Shown here: positions 1 through 13,452 of the stretch, piece after piece
How the letters are laid out: the number at the start of each line of letters is the position of its first letter
Numbering within the stretch: the stretch's first letter is position 1
Source of the DNA: Haliotis rubra
Taxonomy: Eukaryota
Direction of reading: 5' to 3'
Assembly: GCF_003918875.1 (NCBI RefSeq)
Contig: NW_025766981.1
Location: forward strand, 186,001 to 250,000
Length of the DNA: 64,000 nt
The notes under the pieces: generated by a model
What the model was told of the DNA's origin: nothing
Database searches by the model: none
The model's input: only the letters and a program-made list of their open reading frames with translations
Program-made: the position numbers and the translations under genes

Positions 1-1339
1 AAAAATCGTTTTCCCAATGTAATATCATGATAAGCACGTCATACGCGTCTAGGTTCTGTGTAAGAATGTAGTATCCAACAATACATGTCATGATAAAATT
101 GTTCGTGTGGTCAAGTGCAGTCATGCTGATTGTTACATTACAAACAAACAAACACGTTTGTGGGATGATATGGGAGCAGAACTCCGAGTCAACGACATGT
201 GCTGATCCACAATCATCTTGGGTAGAAAACATAAAGCGATACTGACCACTTCGCTGGATCCTACGAGATCCTTCGAGTCCCAAATATCAGATCAATAATA
301 ACAATCATTCCCACTCCTAATCCGTAAGCAAGTCATCATTGGCTTGCCTAGTTATGAATGCCGGAGACACATATTGCCAGAGAGATTCACCTTCCTCTGT
401 AGTCTTCACTTCAGGGGACTCTCTAGTTGGGTTCTGGGCATCATAAAGTTTCTCCACAACATCTCCTGTATGGGCCGGCATTGTGAGCGTTTTCCAGGAT
501 GTGGCCAACTCTCTACATGCTCTGAGTTCTAGTCTGCAAGTGAAAAAATCGTTGTTATAGTTTACATCATTTATTAGGCATTTATAAAGTCAAATGATTT
601 TGAGAATTACAAAACGGCACCATATGTGTATATTATGTTTCAGTAGATACATACTTCCATCAAACTGTATAACGACATCAATTAATAGAGTATAAGATCA
701 AATGACACATTTACTGATAAGCTTGCAAAAAAATGAAAAGAAATTAAAGCGACTGTTCCAGTTGCACTATAGTTGTTTACGCTAAATGGACGACGGACAA
801 CTCAACATGATACAGTATAATCCTAGATGCAGTGTCACATAGAATTGAGTGCTTCCCTGGATCAAACGCTTAACATAAGCAAGTTCTGCTCCAGCCCCAG
901 TAATGCCAACATCATGTGGTCCCATAGTTCCAGTGCTGCGTAGAATCATGTATTTCTAAAGCTGTAGAATTGAAAAAAACATGTGCTGTCTAAGCCTACT
1001 GAGATGACAGGTTACACTGCAATTGAAGCGACAAAACCCTTTCCACATTCATAAGAAATATCTGCTAAACGCAGAGTCGATTGTACAATTTTGACTATAT
1101 AAAGAGCAAATATTTGTTTCTGCAGTATTACAGTTGCATGATGTTGTTTGTAAACAAATCGCGTCTGGACCAGACAATCCAGTCACTGTCACCACGCAAC
1201 ACGATGACAGAGCATGCGTTTATGAATCACTATGAAATAGTGATGATACCAGCTGTTTGCGAAAAGGTGAGCGTATCCTGCCCCATCGGTGGCACCCGTC
1301 ATAAACATATGCTATAAGATATAAGTCTAGTCAATTGTT

Positions 1340-2400
1340 CACCTGAAATAATTCAGGAACCTATGGAAAAAGTCAAAATAGGGAATTGCATCGGACATCA
1401 ATTTTGTCACTGGTGCATCAAATTTCAAAATGTCTATCATAAAACTTCTTGAAAGCTTTACAAGGCCATTAATGCTGTAACCTTGATCAAACAACTTCTA
1501 CTTTTGTCACTCTTATGCATAGATCTAAATTTGAAACGGTTGAGGTGGTCTCACTTGTTTCCTCAATTTCAAGTTCAGGAGGGTAAATCAGTGAACGGGA
1601 ATTGGCTAGTTGATGGTTATAGAACGATATTAGATCACCCATGTACCAGAAGCTGGAGTTAAACTTTTTGGCCATTTTTTTAGATATTATCCCGAACCTC
1701 TAAAGTTACTGAAGATAGATATGTATGTATATCTGCGTTCACCACCTGTATTTACAAATGCCCCAAGAGTCAAGGAATTAAGTTTTTCTTTAAGCTTGTC
1801 ATGTGGGATAGTGGTGTACAACGTTGAAAAATCAAATATTTGGAGAGAACCGAACTCGGTCTGTTTCTTAGATTGCTAAAAAGTAAGCATTCCTTTGAGT
1901 TTTTGACAATGGTTTAGGTATATTTCTTTCTCAGTTAACATGTGTAGCAGTATTCGATATGGCACGTATACAAACTCTTTGATTGAACAATTTATGAAAT
2001 GATGTTTACATATAATGGTTGTGTTATTTGATGCCTTGTCATTCGGAATATATACAAACTGTCCATGCAGGACAACCAGACAGCTGGCTGGGACAGATTT
2101 TCGTTTTCCAGTTCTGTTTCCTCTTTTCAGTTTGTGCATTCTACCAATAACAGCATCACGCACTGACAAATGGTGATCTGCCAAGTCCACGTTCTGCATC
2201 ACGTTTCTTTAATTGAACAACCTTGATGAAATTGTGTTCGCATAAGAAAATTACATTGTTGGTATTTCCTGAAATCTGAAATATTTTGGCACATTTTGGG
2301 AAACTGATTTTTGCCTCAGAATGTATCTTAAAGTTAAAGCATCAATTCCCTTGTTTGCAAATTTCAGATGCAGGAACATGCGGTCTACATCCCTGGACCC
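1340..2400 (-). mobile_element. Degenerate Penelope-like retroelement reverse transcriptase fragment
   Basis: Broken frames encode DKASNN..ICK, FDFSTLYTTIPHDKLK and IYPPELEIEETSE...NLDL, typical of invertebrate Penelope-like RTs. Confidence 0.7.
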
Positions 2401-2590
2401 AGTCGTTTCCTGGACCCAGTGCTACGTACAATCGTGTGCTGCCCTAGACTCAGTGGTATGTAGAATCATGTGCTGCACTTCATTCAGTGGTACGTAGAAA
2501 CGTGTGGTGCCCTAGACTCAGTGGTACATAGAATCGTGTGCTGCCCTAGTCCCCGTTGTTCATTGAATCGTGTGGTGCCCTAGACCCGGT
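2395..2590. repeat. Short degenerate tandem repeat (~34-bp unit)
   Basis: Repeated AATCGTGTGCTGCCCTAGACTCAGTGGTA-like units; related sequence at ~820-950. Confidence 0.6.
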
Positions 2591-3539
2591 TGTCACACTC
2601 ACAATGAGAACCCTGAAACCGGACATGCAGGAGTACTGGAGGTCATGTGGCCCAGTCAAAGGCCCAGTTGATGGAAAGGATACGGGTCAACGAAAATAAT
2701 GACAGTCGTTTACATGACTGACAGCTTAGCCTTGCGTCAATGTCATGTTGTCCTGAGAACGTCGGTCCGCCATTGTGAACTCAACTCATCGATTTGATCT
2801 GGGCGAATTGCAAGTTGTTTGTGGATAGGCATAAACTCTCTGACGTGAAGGATTTGGTTCATGCTTCGTTTGGGAGGATAATTCCAGAGGTTTGGCGGAA
2901 AGCTGAGGGCCACGTCGTCATTGTCCTTGAGAGAGAGTACCGACGTCGTGACGGCACTCACAATGGTCGAGTTCAACCAATCGTCTTCTCTCTGGCCGAG
3001 TCCGAGTCAGAATGCAGTGACTCCGACATTGATGAAACCTGATTCAGCCTCACATAGGGATGAATCGCACTTGAATCATCATGTAATATTCACAACCCCT
3101 GCTTTTGACATTTGAGAAGAACTTGTAAAGCACTAAATATAAAATGTTACATTTCATTATGCTAAAAATGATTTCATTGTTCAATATTCTTGACAGTAAA
3201 TCACTAAAAAAGAACCAGTCCACCACTTGCCAAGGCACTCGGGAGGTGGTTTAAGTCAAGACTTAATCTCGTTCTGGTTGTATTGCTTGCAACTACTTAC
3301 CGTGAGGACACGGAACTCTGTGATGTACACAGCTTTCATTTAATGCTCCTGTAATAAAATACCACTAAAGAGTGTGCGATGGTGTAATACGTGTACTACT
3401 GAATCGACCCTATATCTTTCAAATGTGTGAATATATGTTTAAAAATTTTGGGCTGCATGCCCTTCCACCGTCATGTGGCATTGTTGCTGCATAGCATTTT
3501 ATTACGATCAGAAGTGTATGTCACACAATGATTCATACC

Positions 3540-4885
3540 TTCAACGAAGTATTGTGTTACCTGGTTGAATATTTTTTTAAAATCACGGAGCAGGATCCAT
3601 ACTGTCAACAGACTGCCCTAAATAGCTCCCTGTACCCTGTAACAATCACTTACCCTCAGTGGTCGACCGAATCTTTTGGTAACACAAGCCTGGACCTCAT
3701 AGGCGATGTGTCCTGTCTGACATTATATTGGGCCTCAGCTTTCCATACACTTTCTGGTAACGAGATTGAATTATATGCTCGTCCACTCATCAGCGCGTCA
3801 CTTCATCTAGCGTGCAATGATGTCGATTGTCCGGAATACCTGCAGTGGCTTTACAAAGCTGCTGTTGCGTGATGCTGAATGTTCTAAACAACGCTCTTTA
3901 AAAACACGGCATGCAACAGCCGAATTCATATATAAGTCCCAATTGTATGATGGGACCATGACCAAGCGCTTTCAGGTGTATGAACTGAAAGCGAACTGAC
4001 CTTACAGTGGCCCAAATCTAACATCTAAGATTCAACAATGACAATGGATACTGGCATATCCCTCGTCAGCAGAGCATTTTCCCCCAGCATTTATAACATC
4101 CGCACAGTTCGTTACCCTCTGGATACACCTCCCGCCAAGCTGTTGATGCAGTGTCGTGTGTCTTCCAAGATTGATTACTGTAATGCCAAAAATGCAAATC
4201 TTTCCAACCAGAGCCAACTTCAAGCTACAGAGGAGTCAGAACTCGACAGCTACACTGTAGGTGTATCTATAAGATCCCTACATCAGAGCATATAACACCA
4301 GTTCTCAAAGCTTTGCAGTGGCTCCCTGTCTCCTCTCGTATTGTCTACAAGATTTGCTGCACGACTCATGACTGTCCAATGACAGTTATGCATCTCTATA
4401 ATGTCTGATCGCGCTTTTTCAGTTTGCAGTTTCATGTTCTGGAACTGACTACTTTCAGAATATGCAAAGAGTGTCTCCTCAAAACCAACCAATTTCGCAC
4501 TGCCTTTCATAAAACTCTATGGGTATTGTCTGTACATATGTTCCTTTACTTTTTCTGATTTTGCCAAAGCACCTGTGAGCACCCACTGATGGATACAAGA
4601 CGCAATATAAATCCATTATGTTTGACAGAAAAAAACAGCAGAGAGGGTTTGGTGATCCTGGCACAGTCAAGCTAGTTAAGGCTCATCATCAGCTCAGGGC
4701 CGTTGGCCCCTCTACACGCAGCCCACACAGCGAATGAGACTTCTCCCAGGAAACGCTGCCTAGTCGAACCCACTAAGAACTTACATATATATTTGGTTGT
4801 TGTCCTCTTTGCCATATGTATTTTATGTTAGACTTGAAATGGAATAAAAAAAAAAAATAAAAAAAAAAAATAAAAAAAAAAAAAA
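3540..4885 (+). mobile_element. Decayed L2/CR1-clade LINE 3' portion followed by an A-rich tail
   Basis: Fragments SSKIDYCN (cf. SRLDYCN) and ITPVLKALQWLPVSSRIVYKI; A-rich tail at ~4843-4885. The tail may belong to a separate element. Confidence 0.7.
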
Positions 4886-4959
4886 CTTTCCTGAACACGT
4901 CGTGGTCGTAGTCGGGAACAGGAATGGTGATGTGGTTGTCTCCGGTGTCACATGCTCCA

Positions 4960-5990
4960 GTTGCAAAAAAAAAAAAAAACTTTCCAGAGAATATGTAGAC
5001 TCCCCAACACTGCAGCCTTCTGTATTACCTAGAGTGTCAGAAGGGATGTGCTCCCGGTGGAGAACCCGGACACTCTCCTGATCTGCACCAAGAGATCAGG
5101 AGGTACCAAACCAAGGTACCCAAGAAACAATGGGGAGTCCGACGACAGTGTTCATGGGATGCAAACGAGACATTTCAAAGGCGAGGTCCACATATTTAGC
5201 TTTTGTTGAATCTTGCCAATCACGTTGCTGTCAAAAGGAATAGTAAATTCAAAGATATAGATAATTTCATAGGCTTTATAAAAGAGGGCAAGATCAGGTT
5301 TGTTGGCTGGAATTCTTGAAAAGCATGATTTTCCAAGACGCCCTGGATATGTTCGGGGTCGTACCATAGATGGACCTCGGAGTCAAAGCCAAAGGCATGG
5401 CGAAGACGGTAGTAGAAGCAGTGAGACATGCCATCATGTATTTAAAGATATGCTGTTTTGCCAAGTAAGGGCATCCACTGACAAGGTGTTGGACAGTCTG
5501 TGTAAATTCATTGCAAAGTGGACATTTCATATTGATATTTTGTTTAAGAATCACATTTTGGCGATTGTGAGTCGGAAGTGACTGGTCCTGAGCAGCAAAA
5601 AGGAAGTCCCCAGTTTCACATTTAAGACCAGCCGACTTCATCCAGGCGAAGGAGTCGGTTAGATTGCTATTCTGTTCCACACACTGCATGTACACACGGT
5701 GCAATGGTTTCTCAGAAAGTTTCTCCACAAAAGACCGACTCTGGGCAGACTTGGTAAAGAAAGTCACCTGGTTTAGAACCATCGCTGTACTGCCCAGCGG
5801 TACATTGCCATCAACAAAATCAACCTCAAATTTCAGATTCTGTACAACAACCTTGGCACGCTTAAAATAGCTGTGGAATTCCTTGCTTTCATCATGAGTC
5901 TTGACATGCAACGCCAGAGGATCAGCCGATAAATATATATGTACAAAAGTACACAATGGCAGAGGGTGGTGGGCTCTGTTATCAGACCTG
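4960..5990 (-). mobile_element. Non-LTR retrotransposon C-terminal fragment with CCHC knuckle and restriction-like endonuclease (RLE-type, R4/Dong-like)
   Basis: ORF 5294-5998 has FAAQDQSLPT...CPLC..TVQHLVSGC; a frameshifted frame has KPDL...IFEFTIPFD; the end reads IQKAAVLGSLHIL. Confidence 0.8.
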
Positions 5991-6760
5991 TATCCCATGT
6001 CTGTAAGATGCCGCTAAAGGTTATACGTGTTCATTATCCAATGCCTGTGAGATACCATTAAAGGGAATAGGTTACCTGTATTTCATGGCTGTAAGAACCC
6101 ACTCAAGATAAATACGTGTCTTCTATCCAATGACTGTAATATGCCACTTAAAGGAATAGGTTACTTGTATTTCATGTTACTAAAGGCAATTCATGCCCTT
6201 TATGCAATGCCTGTAAGCTGCCACAAGAGGAAATACGTGTCCATTATCCAATGCCTGTAAGCTGCCACAAGAGGAAATACGTGTCCATTATCCAATGCCC
6301 TTAAGACACTATAAAGGGAATAGGTTACCAGTATTCAAGTTTGTAAAAAGCCTTTAAAGATAATACGTGTCCTTTATCCAGTGCCTGTAAGATGCCACTA
6401 AAGGGAATAGGTTACCTGTATCCAATGTCTGTAAAAACCAAGCAAAGGGAATGTGTGTCCATTATCCTCTGCCCGTAAAATAGCATTAAAGGGAATAGGT
6501 TACCAGTATTTCAAGTTTGAGAGAACCCACTAAAGATAAAGTCCTTTATCCAATGACTGCAAGATCCACTGAAGATACTACGTGTCCTTTATCCAATGAC
6601 TGCAAGATCCCACGGAAGGGAATATGTTACCTGTGACTGTTTCCTGTGAGATCTGACCAAAGGAAATATGTGTGCTATACCCATGTGTGTACACTCTCAC
6701 GAAAGAAATGCTCGTCCATTATCCCCTGCTTGTAAGATCCCAGTGAAGGGAATAGGTTTT
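5988..6760. repeat. Degenerate minisatellite (~41-bp units, two alternating variants)
   Basis: Recurrent TATCCAATGCCTGTAAGATGCCACTAAAGG followed by either GAATAGGTTACC or AATACGTGTCC. Confidence 0.75.
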
Positions 6761-7024
6761 CAAGTTGGGCGTCTTGCTTCATCATAGGCGGATTCAGGTA
6801 GATTATCAATCTTGATTGATAAATCTAGACACCAGTTTCACTGTCGAGCACTGCTTCTCTGTACACAGGACATAATCTATCTGTCTAGCATTACTTTTCT
6901 GTCCAACTCACAAATTATCATTTACGTTGGAAACTGACAAATATGTTACCTACACAATAGACACGGAAAGATCATGCTTTGCAACCTATGCATGTCGTAA
7001 AATGTGACCAACGGGATCGGGTAA

Positions 7025-8772
7025 TGCTCATGATATGCCTATAATCGTGTGCCAAGTGAGTAGATAGATGCTCATGATATGCCTGCAATCGTGTACCAAG
7101 TGAGTAGATAGATGCTCATGATATGCCTGCAATCGTGTGCCAAGTGAGTAGATAGATGCTCATGATATGCCTGCAATCGTGTGCCAAGTGAGTAGATAGA
7201 TGCTCATGATATGCCTGTAATCGTGTGCCAAGTGAGTAGATAGATGCTCATGATATGCCTGCAATCGTGTGCCAAGTGAGTAGATAGATGCTCATGATAT
7301 GCCTGCAATCGTGTGCCAAGTGAGTAGATAGATGCTCATGATATGCCTGCAATCGTGTGCCAAGTGAGTAGATAGATGCTCATGATATGCCTGCAATCGT
7401 GTGCAATGAGTGTGCCATGATATGCCTGCAAGTGAGTAGATAGATGCTCATGATATGCCTGCAATCGTGTGCAAGTGAGTAGATAGATGCTAGATGCCTG
7501 CAATCGTGTGCCAAGTGAGTAGATAGATGCATGATATGCCTGCAATGTGCCAAGTGAGTGATGCTCATGATATGCCTGCAATCGTGTGAAGTGAGTAGAT
7601 AGATGCTCATGATGCCTGCAATCGTGTGCCAAGTGAGTAGATAGATGCTCATGATATGCCTGCAATCGTGTGCCAAGTGAGTAGATAGATGTAGATAGAT
7701 GTGAGTAGATAGATATGCCTGCAATCGTGTGCCAAGTGAGTAGATAGATGCTCATGATATGCCTGCAATCGTGTGCCAAGTGAGTAGATAGATGCTCATG
7801 ATATGCCTGCAATCGTGTGCCAAGTGAGTAGATAGATGCTCATGATATGCCTGCAATCGTGTGCCAAGTGAGTAGATAGATGCTCATGATATGCCTGCAA
7901 TCGTGTGCCAAGTGAGTAGATAGATGCTCATGATATGCCTGCAATCGTGTGCCAAGTGAGTAGATAGATGCTCATGATATGCCTGCAATCGTGTGCCAAG
8001 TGAGTAGATAGATGCTCATGATATGCCTGCAATCGTGTGCCAAGTGTGAGTAGATAGATGCTCATGATATGCCTGCAATCGTGTGCCAAGTGAGTAGATA
8101 GATGCTCATGATATGCCTGCAATCGTGTGCCAAGTGAGTAGATAGATGCTCATGATATGCCTGCAATCGTGTGCCAGTAGTGATGCCTGCAATCGTCGTG
8201 TGCCAAGTGAGTAGATAGATAGATGCTCAAGTGAGTAGATATGCATGCAATCGTGTGCCAAGTGAGTAGATAGATGCTCATGATATGCCTGATCGTGTGC
8301 CAAGTGAGTAGATAGATGCTCATGATATGCCTGCAATCGTGTGCCAAGTGAGTAGATAGATGCTCATGATATGCCTGCAATCGTGTGCCAAGTGAGTAGA
8401 TAGATGCTCATGATATGCCTGCAATCGTGTGCCAAGTGAGTAGATAGATGCTCATGATATGCCTGCAATCGTGTGCCAAGTGAGTAGATAGATGCTCATG
8501 ATATGCCTGCAATCGTGTGCCAAGTGAGTCGTGTGATAGATGCTCATGATATGCCTGCAATCGTGTGCCAAGTGAGTAGATAGATGCTCATGATATGCCT
8601 GCAATCGTGTGCCAAGTGAGTAGATAGATGCTCATGATATGCCTGCAATCGTGTGCCAAGTGAGTAGATAGATGCTCATGATATGCCTGTAATCGTGTGC
8701 CAAGTGAGTAGATAGATGCTCATGATATGCCTGTAATCGTGTGCCAAGTTAGTAGATAGATGCTCATGATAT
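7025..8772. repeat. 44-bp minisatellite (~40 copies) inside a SINE-like element
   Basis: Unit GATGCTCATGATATGCCTGCAATCGTGTGCCAAGTGAGTAGATA; flanked by the 5' half (~6980-7024) and 3' half (~8773-8875) of the family-B repeat. Confidence 0.95.
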
Positions 8773-9147
8773 CAATCACTAGATTGTATGGTTCATACTA
8801 GATTATTTACAGACCCCCATCATATAGCTAGAATACTGTTTTAGTGCGTCGTTAAGCAACACACAAACAAACAAGTTAAGCGTGCTTAATATATTTTACA
8901 CCCTTGGGTTCAGTCAGGGTATTTTAGATTAGTACAGTAGATTTGAATCTTAAGTAAATTTATAAATATAGTGCCTTTGAGTGCCTCTTTATTCGGCTCT
9001 GTAGAATTTGTGCATGTTTTCTCCATGAAAATACAAATCTAGATGGGCCAGCGAGCTTAAATTTTAAGTTTTCATAAAAAAAAAAAAATTAAATTTTATT
9101 TCCTGAGCATATATTCATGATAATTGTAAGTTAAATTTTGTTATATA

Positions 9148-10033
9148 CACTAAACGCCAAAAGGAACGTTTCCCTCCTTCCTTATTGACGGAGGTACCTA
9201 TCTTCAGCTGGCGTTATCATGCGTGGACCTCCACTTCGTGGTCTGTCTACGGTGACCCCAGTCTGTCTGTAGCGCTGAATAGGTCTTATAACTGTGATAC
9301 GGTGGCACCCGAGGGCGTTGGCAACAGCATGGTATGTCGACCCCATCTGCACCATCCCAATGACTCTTTCTCTCTCTTCAATCGTGGCATATTTCTCGTA
9401 CTTGTGTGTCATATCATGCATTCCAGTCTCTCTTTATACCCTTTAGAATCAATCTGCACGTGAAATTGATACAAATACTGCTTGAATATTGCTACGTTTT
9501 GGCGATTGATATTGCTATATGTAAACAGAAAATGTTACTTTGCAAGCAAAAATATTAACAAGGATAATTTTAGATGTTCCTAAACACTTTTCCACAATAT
9601 CAAAGACACGGTTGACTTATTTTAACTAATGCAAATAAGCAGAAACTGTTTTAAAAGACTGAAATCATAGGAATGATTCTTTTACAATTTTACACACTCT
9701 ACTACGGTTGTTTCTTGTTTAAATAGTTGAAAAATGGTGACTGTAAATGTGTTATCTTTGTCTCAAAGCTGAATTTATTTCAACCTTTCTTTTGGACATC
9801 TAAATCACTGTTATTGGTTCATTTCGGCATGGTCGAAAATAGGACAATTTACCTCTTCTGAAAAAGATGCATTTCACTTAAACATGAATGCATTTGAGAA
9901 TATTTTTTGCGTGATTTGCATAAAGCTGTGTTGTTAAGCATCCTTGTAAACTAATACCTTCTAACATATCTTCGCTAGTTTATAAGTAATTCATAAAGGT
10001 AGGAGGGTAACGTTTATTTTGGCGTTTATAGTG
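9148..10033 (-). mobile_element. Internally deleted Tc1/mariner element
   Basis: TA-flanked imperfect TIRs (CACTAAACGCCAAAA.. / ..TTTTGGCGTTTATAGTG); paired-like HTH remnant in ORF 9182-9421 (DRPRSGGPR). Confidence 0.8.
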
Positions 10034-10419
10034 TATAATACTGGTATGCAAATTGAAAACGGCACATTGGGTATTTAGGCAGAACTTTGCTGAACTATTG
10101 TGGTATGATTAAATGACCATGCGAATTTGACAACAGCATCCCAAGTTATTTGGGTTATGGTGATGTATTTTAACACCAATGCGCAGCATGTCTGAGAAAG
10201 CTCTGAGACATTTCTTGAAAGGAAATACATTATATGCATTTCCATTGCAACAACACAAGAAAAGGTCTTTAGGGGCAAGGCACATCATACAAATATGACG
10301 ATTGGACGATTGCCTATCAAATCCCCTGCCCCTAAACAAAATGAATCAACACTTTTATGCAACGTTGAGGGTTGGATTTCATTAGGTTGCAGCTATGCCT
10401 CGCCTGACAATATTTTTTT

Positions 10420-10571
10420 CTGATTGGTTACTCGTTTGTCTGTTTCTGATTGGATAATAATGTACTTTCATCTCTGATTGGGCAAGTGGTAGGCACTGAT
10501 CTGTGACTGGCTAATCCACTGTCACCGTAATATTTTGAGACGGCTGAGAGGAAGTTTTCTTCAGATGGTAG
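10420..10571 (+). promoter_or_regulatory. Candidate CCAAT-box promoter and first exon, possibly for the MFS gene
   Basis: Three TCTGATTGG boxes (ATTGG at 10423, 10449, 10477), GGAAGT at ~10550, then ATG at 10565 followed by donor-like GTAGGT/GTCAGA. Confidence 0.25.
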
Positions 10572-10839
10572 GTCAGAGCCATGTAAGAGTTAAATGTTTG
10601 TTTGATAAAGTCTTTAAAAAAAGATACGCACAGGCCAAATATAAGGAAATGTGGTAAACGTAATTACCGAACGGACGCTTTAATCACCAGGCTACTCCAC
10701 CGCCCCTAGTATATTCAGGAATCATCTCGCTTGGCAAGAGGTACCACTATACCAACACACAACACAATACCTGAGTGGCCTGAGTGAATAAACGAGTTTA
10801 TTAATCAGTCACAGAATGAATTGTGACGGATAAATTGTA

Positions 10840-12114
10840 CACTCTTCAAAAGAGAGAAACGTATATGCCAAAACTGAAGAAATGTATTAAACGTATGTAA
10901 GTGTACATAAGTCAATTAAGCTTGAACATAGATGAAGGAATCCCCGACACACCGATGAACATATGTATTGTGGTCATTGTCAGCATTAATTTAGTTCGCT
11001 CGCTGCACATGTGTGGACACAATGGGGCGTTCAGGTCAGTACCTGGTGACACCACCCCTTGCAGCCGTCACTGCTCGACACCGACTTGGAAGAGACTGCA
11101 CAAGTCCCCAGATTTTTGCTTGGGGAATTTTTCGCAGTGTCTGAGGACGATGGTGACGTTTACGGACTCGTCGGTCAAGTTCGTCCTATAGATGCTGGAT
11201 CGGGTTCAGATGAGGCGATAGGGAATGCCAGGTAAGGACATTGACGTTTACATTGGCGAGATGGGCACGAACTGTGTGAGGTCGAGCGCTGTCGTGTTGA
11301 AACAGCTCCCTCTGACGGTTAAAAGTGGGAAGAGGTGAGGTCGCAGGATTTGGTGGATGTAGCTATATGCTGTAAAACTGCCTTGAACCACCAACAGCTC
11401 TGATCTAACCGTGTAGGGTTCCCCACACCATGACGCTTTCTGCACCAAATCTGTCGACCTGTCGAACGCAGTTCGGCGCAAAGCGTTAGTGTCGATGTCG
11501 ATAGACACGTTGTCTCCCATCCCGTCATTGCATGAGGACACGCGATTCATCGCAGAAACAAACGCGTCGCCAGTTCCCCAGGTCCCATGCCTGTATCCTG
11601 TTGCACCATTTGGCACGTCGTTGTTGGTGCCATTGTGTTAGGACAGGTCGTAACTTTTGGTCGATATGCTCGAATTCCCACTTCTCTCAGACGATTTCTG
11701 ATGGTTTGGTCGGAAATTATTCGAAGACCAGGCACAATGTCCTGCAGTGTCCGTTGCTCAAGCAAATCGGTAAAACACCTGGATGAATCGGTCCTGAGCA
11801 GGAGTGGTCACTCTTGGTCTTCCACTTCTGGGACGATCTTGGTTCGAATTGAAGCGGGTCTTTTATAGTCGATGTTTCTACTCATGTTTCCGACACATTG
11901 CACGTGTATTACGTGGAAAACGTTTTCTGCATGTACTTTTCATGTATCGTTTCCTTTTTGCATGACAAACGCTTACAAACACATTTTGGGATGCTTTTGC
12001 GCGCAATACACAACCACCACGACATGAATACCGAGATTTAAACATAGGAGTTGTCTTATTCACGATCGAAATGAACTGCTGAAAACGCCTGTTCGTTTCG
12101 TTTTTATCAACAGC
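10840..12114 (-). mobile_element. Degenerate Tc1/mariner transposon
   Basis: Fragments ISDQTIRNRLREVGIRAYRP, ELLVVQGSFTAYSYIHQILRPHL and a degenerate SPHLNPIQHL motif. Confidence 0.75.
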
Positions 12115-12438
12115 ATGAACATCGATCTGCGCGATTGGGAACCGATGACGTGTATCAACCAAGTCAGCAAGCCTGACCACCCGATCCCGTTAGTCGCCTC
12201 TTACGACAAGCATGGGTTACTGACTGACTGACTGACTGAGTTTGGTTTTACGCCGCTTTTAGCAATATTCCAGCAATATCATGGCGGGGGACACCAGAAA
12301 TGGGCTTAACACATTGTGCCCATGTGGGGAATCGAACCCGGGTCTTCGGCGTGACGAGCCAACGCTTTAACCACTAGGCTACCCCACCGCCCCTATGGGT
12401 TACTGAAGATCAATATTCTAACCCGGACCTTCACGGGT
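12115..12438 (-). mobile_element. Family-B SINE-like repeat with a nested tRNA-derived family-A SINE (12224-12393)
   Basis: The nested SINE has A/B boxes, a (CAGT)n tail and a 12-bp TSD ATGGGTTACTGA (12212-12223, 12395-12406). Confidence 0.85.
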
Positions 12439-13345
12439 ACACGAGGTAAAGAAATAAGATAAAGGTGTTCACGTCACATGTCAGCCGATGCATGTTGCCT
12501 CCAGTTCAGACGCTACCATTAACAATATATGTGGATACATGGCTTGATTGTCTCAAGAGTTATGATTTTTGTGATTCTTTTTGAAAATTTGAGTCAATGA
12601 TTTTTTTAATAGAGCATTGTGTGTTGGTGTAGTTAAGCGTACTGTTCGGGAACCATTAAGATTCGGGTTAGAATCGGTCTTGAGTAACCCATGCTTGTCG
12701 TAAGAACAAACCAGGTTCTGGATAGCAACGTAAAACATGGTAGAGAGAAGGCTATACTAATTGGTTTCAATGAAGCCAAACTTCATACTCATACACTCGC
12801 ATACCCGGGATGATTCGGGTTTAGAATTGGTCTTCGGCAACCGATGATTGTCGTAAGAGGCGACTAACGGGATTGGGTGGTCAGACCCACTGACTTGGTT
12901 GACACATGTCATCGTATTCCAATTAATGCCCATGCTGTTGATCACTGGATTGTTTGGTCCAGACACGATTATACTGATAGTTTTGGGCATGCACAAAACT
13001 ACACTGCGAACGCTATTACGCAGGTCATAAGTTATAGATACGATGTGCATCGGTCCCGCATCGGTCGAGTGCGGTACCAGTATGCTATGTCTTCGTGGGG
13101 ATAAGCGGTTCATACGCGGTGATAAGCTGATCTCCCGGCACCAGCTATGAGCCGCGTATATTGGACGTATACAAAGCGTACTTGCAGCGCAGATACAACG
13201 CACGCTGAACGAACTCCTAGCGAATGCCAACGTATTGCACGAATCGGTACCGTTTGTCCTGCGATCGGACAACGCAGTGTACATATTTGTAACTTATGAC
13301 AAACGCACAGATAGCATACTAGCGGTGTTTGCCCTTAAAGCCCAG

Positions 13346-13452
13346 GGCCCAGATTTTCGAAGCTCTCTTAGCGCTAAGTTAGTCGTAAGTGTCATACATT
13401 AACATTATCTTACGACTATCTTAGCGCTAAGAGAGCTTCGAAAATCTAGGCC
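13346..13452. mobile_element. Near-perfect palindromic MITE (PIF/Harbinger-like)
   Basis: GGCCCAGATTTTCGAAGCTCTCTTAGCGCTAAG...CTTAGCGCTAAGAGAGCTTCGAAAATCTAGGCC, flanked by a 3-bp CAG TSD. Confidence 0.8.

Noticed and set aside
3005-3012. In-frame TGA as selenocysteine
   Set aside because: No selenoprotein motif or SECIS element recognised; a nonsense mutation or non-coding sequence is more likely.
7025-8772. CRISPR-like appearance of the regular repeat arrays (also 54970-57445)
   Set aside because: Head-to-tail units with no unique spacers, no cas genes, and a eukaryotic context.
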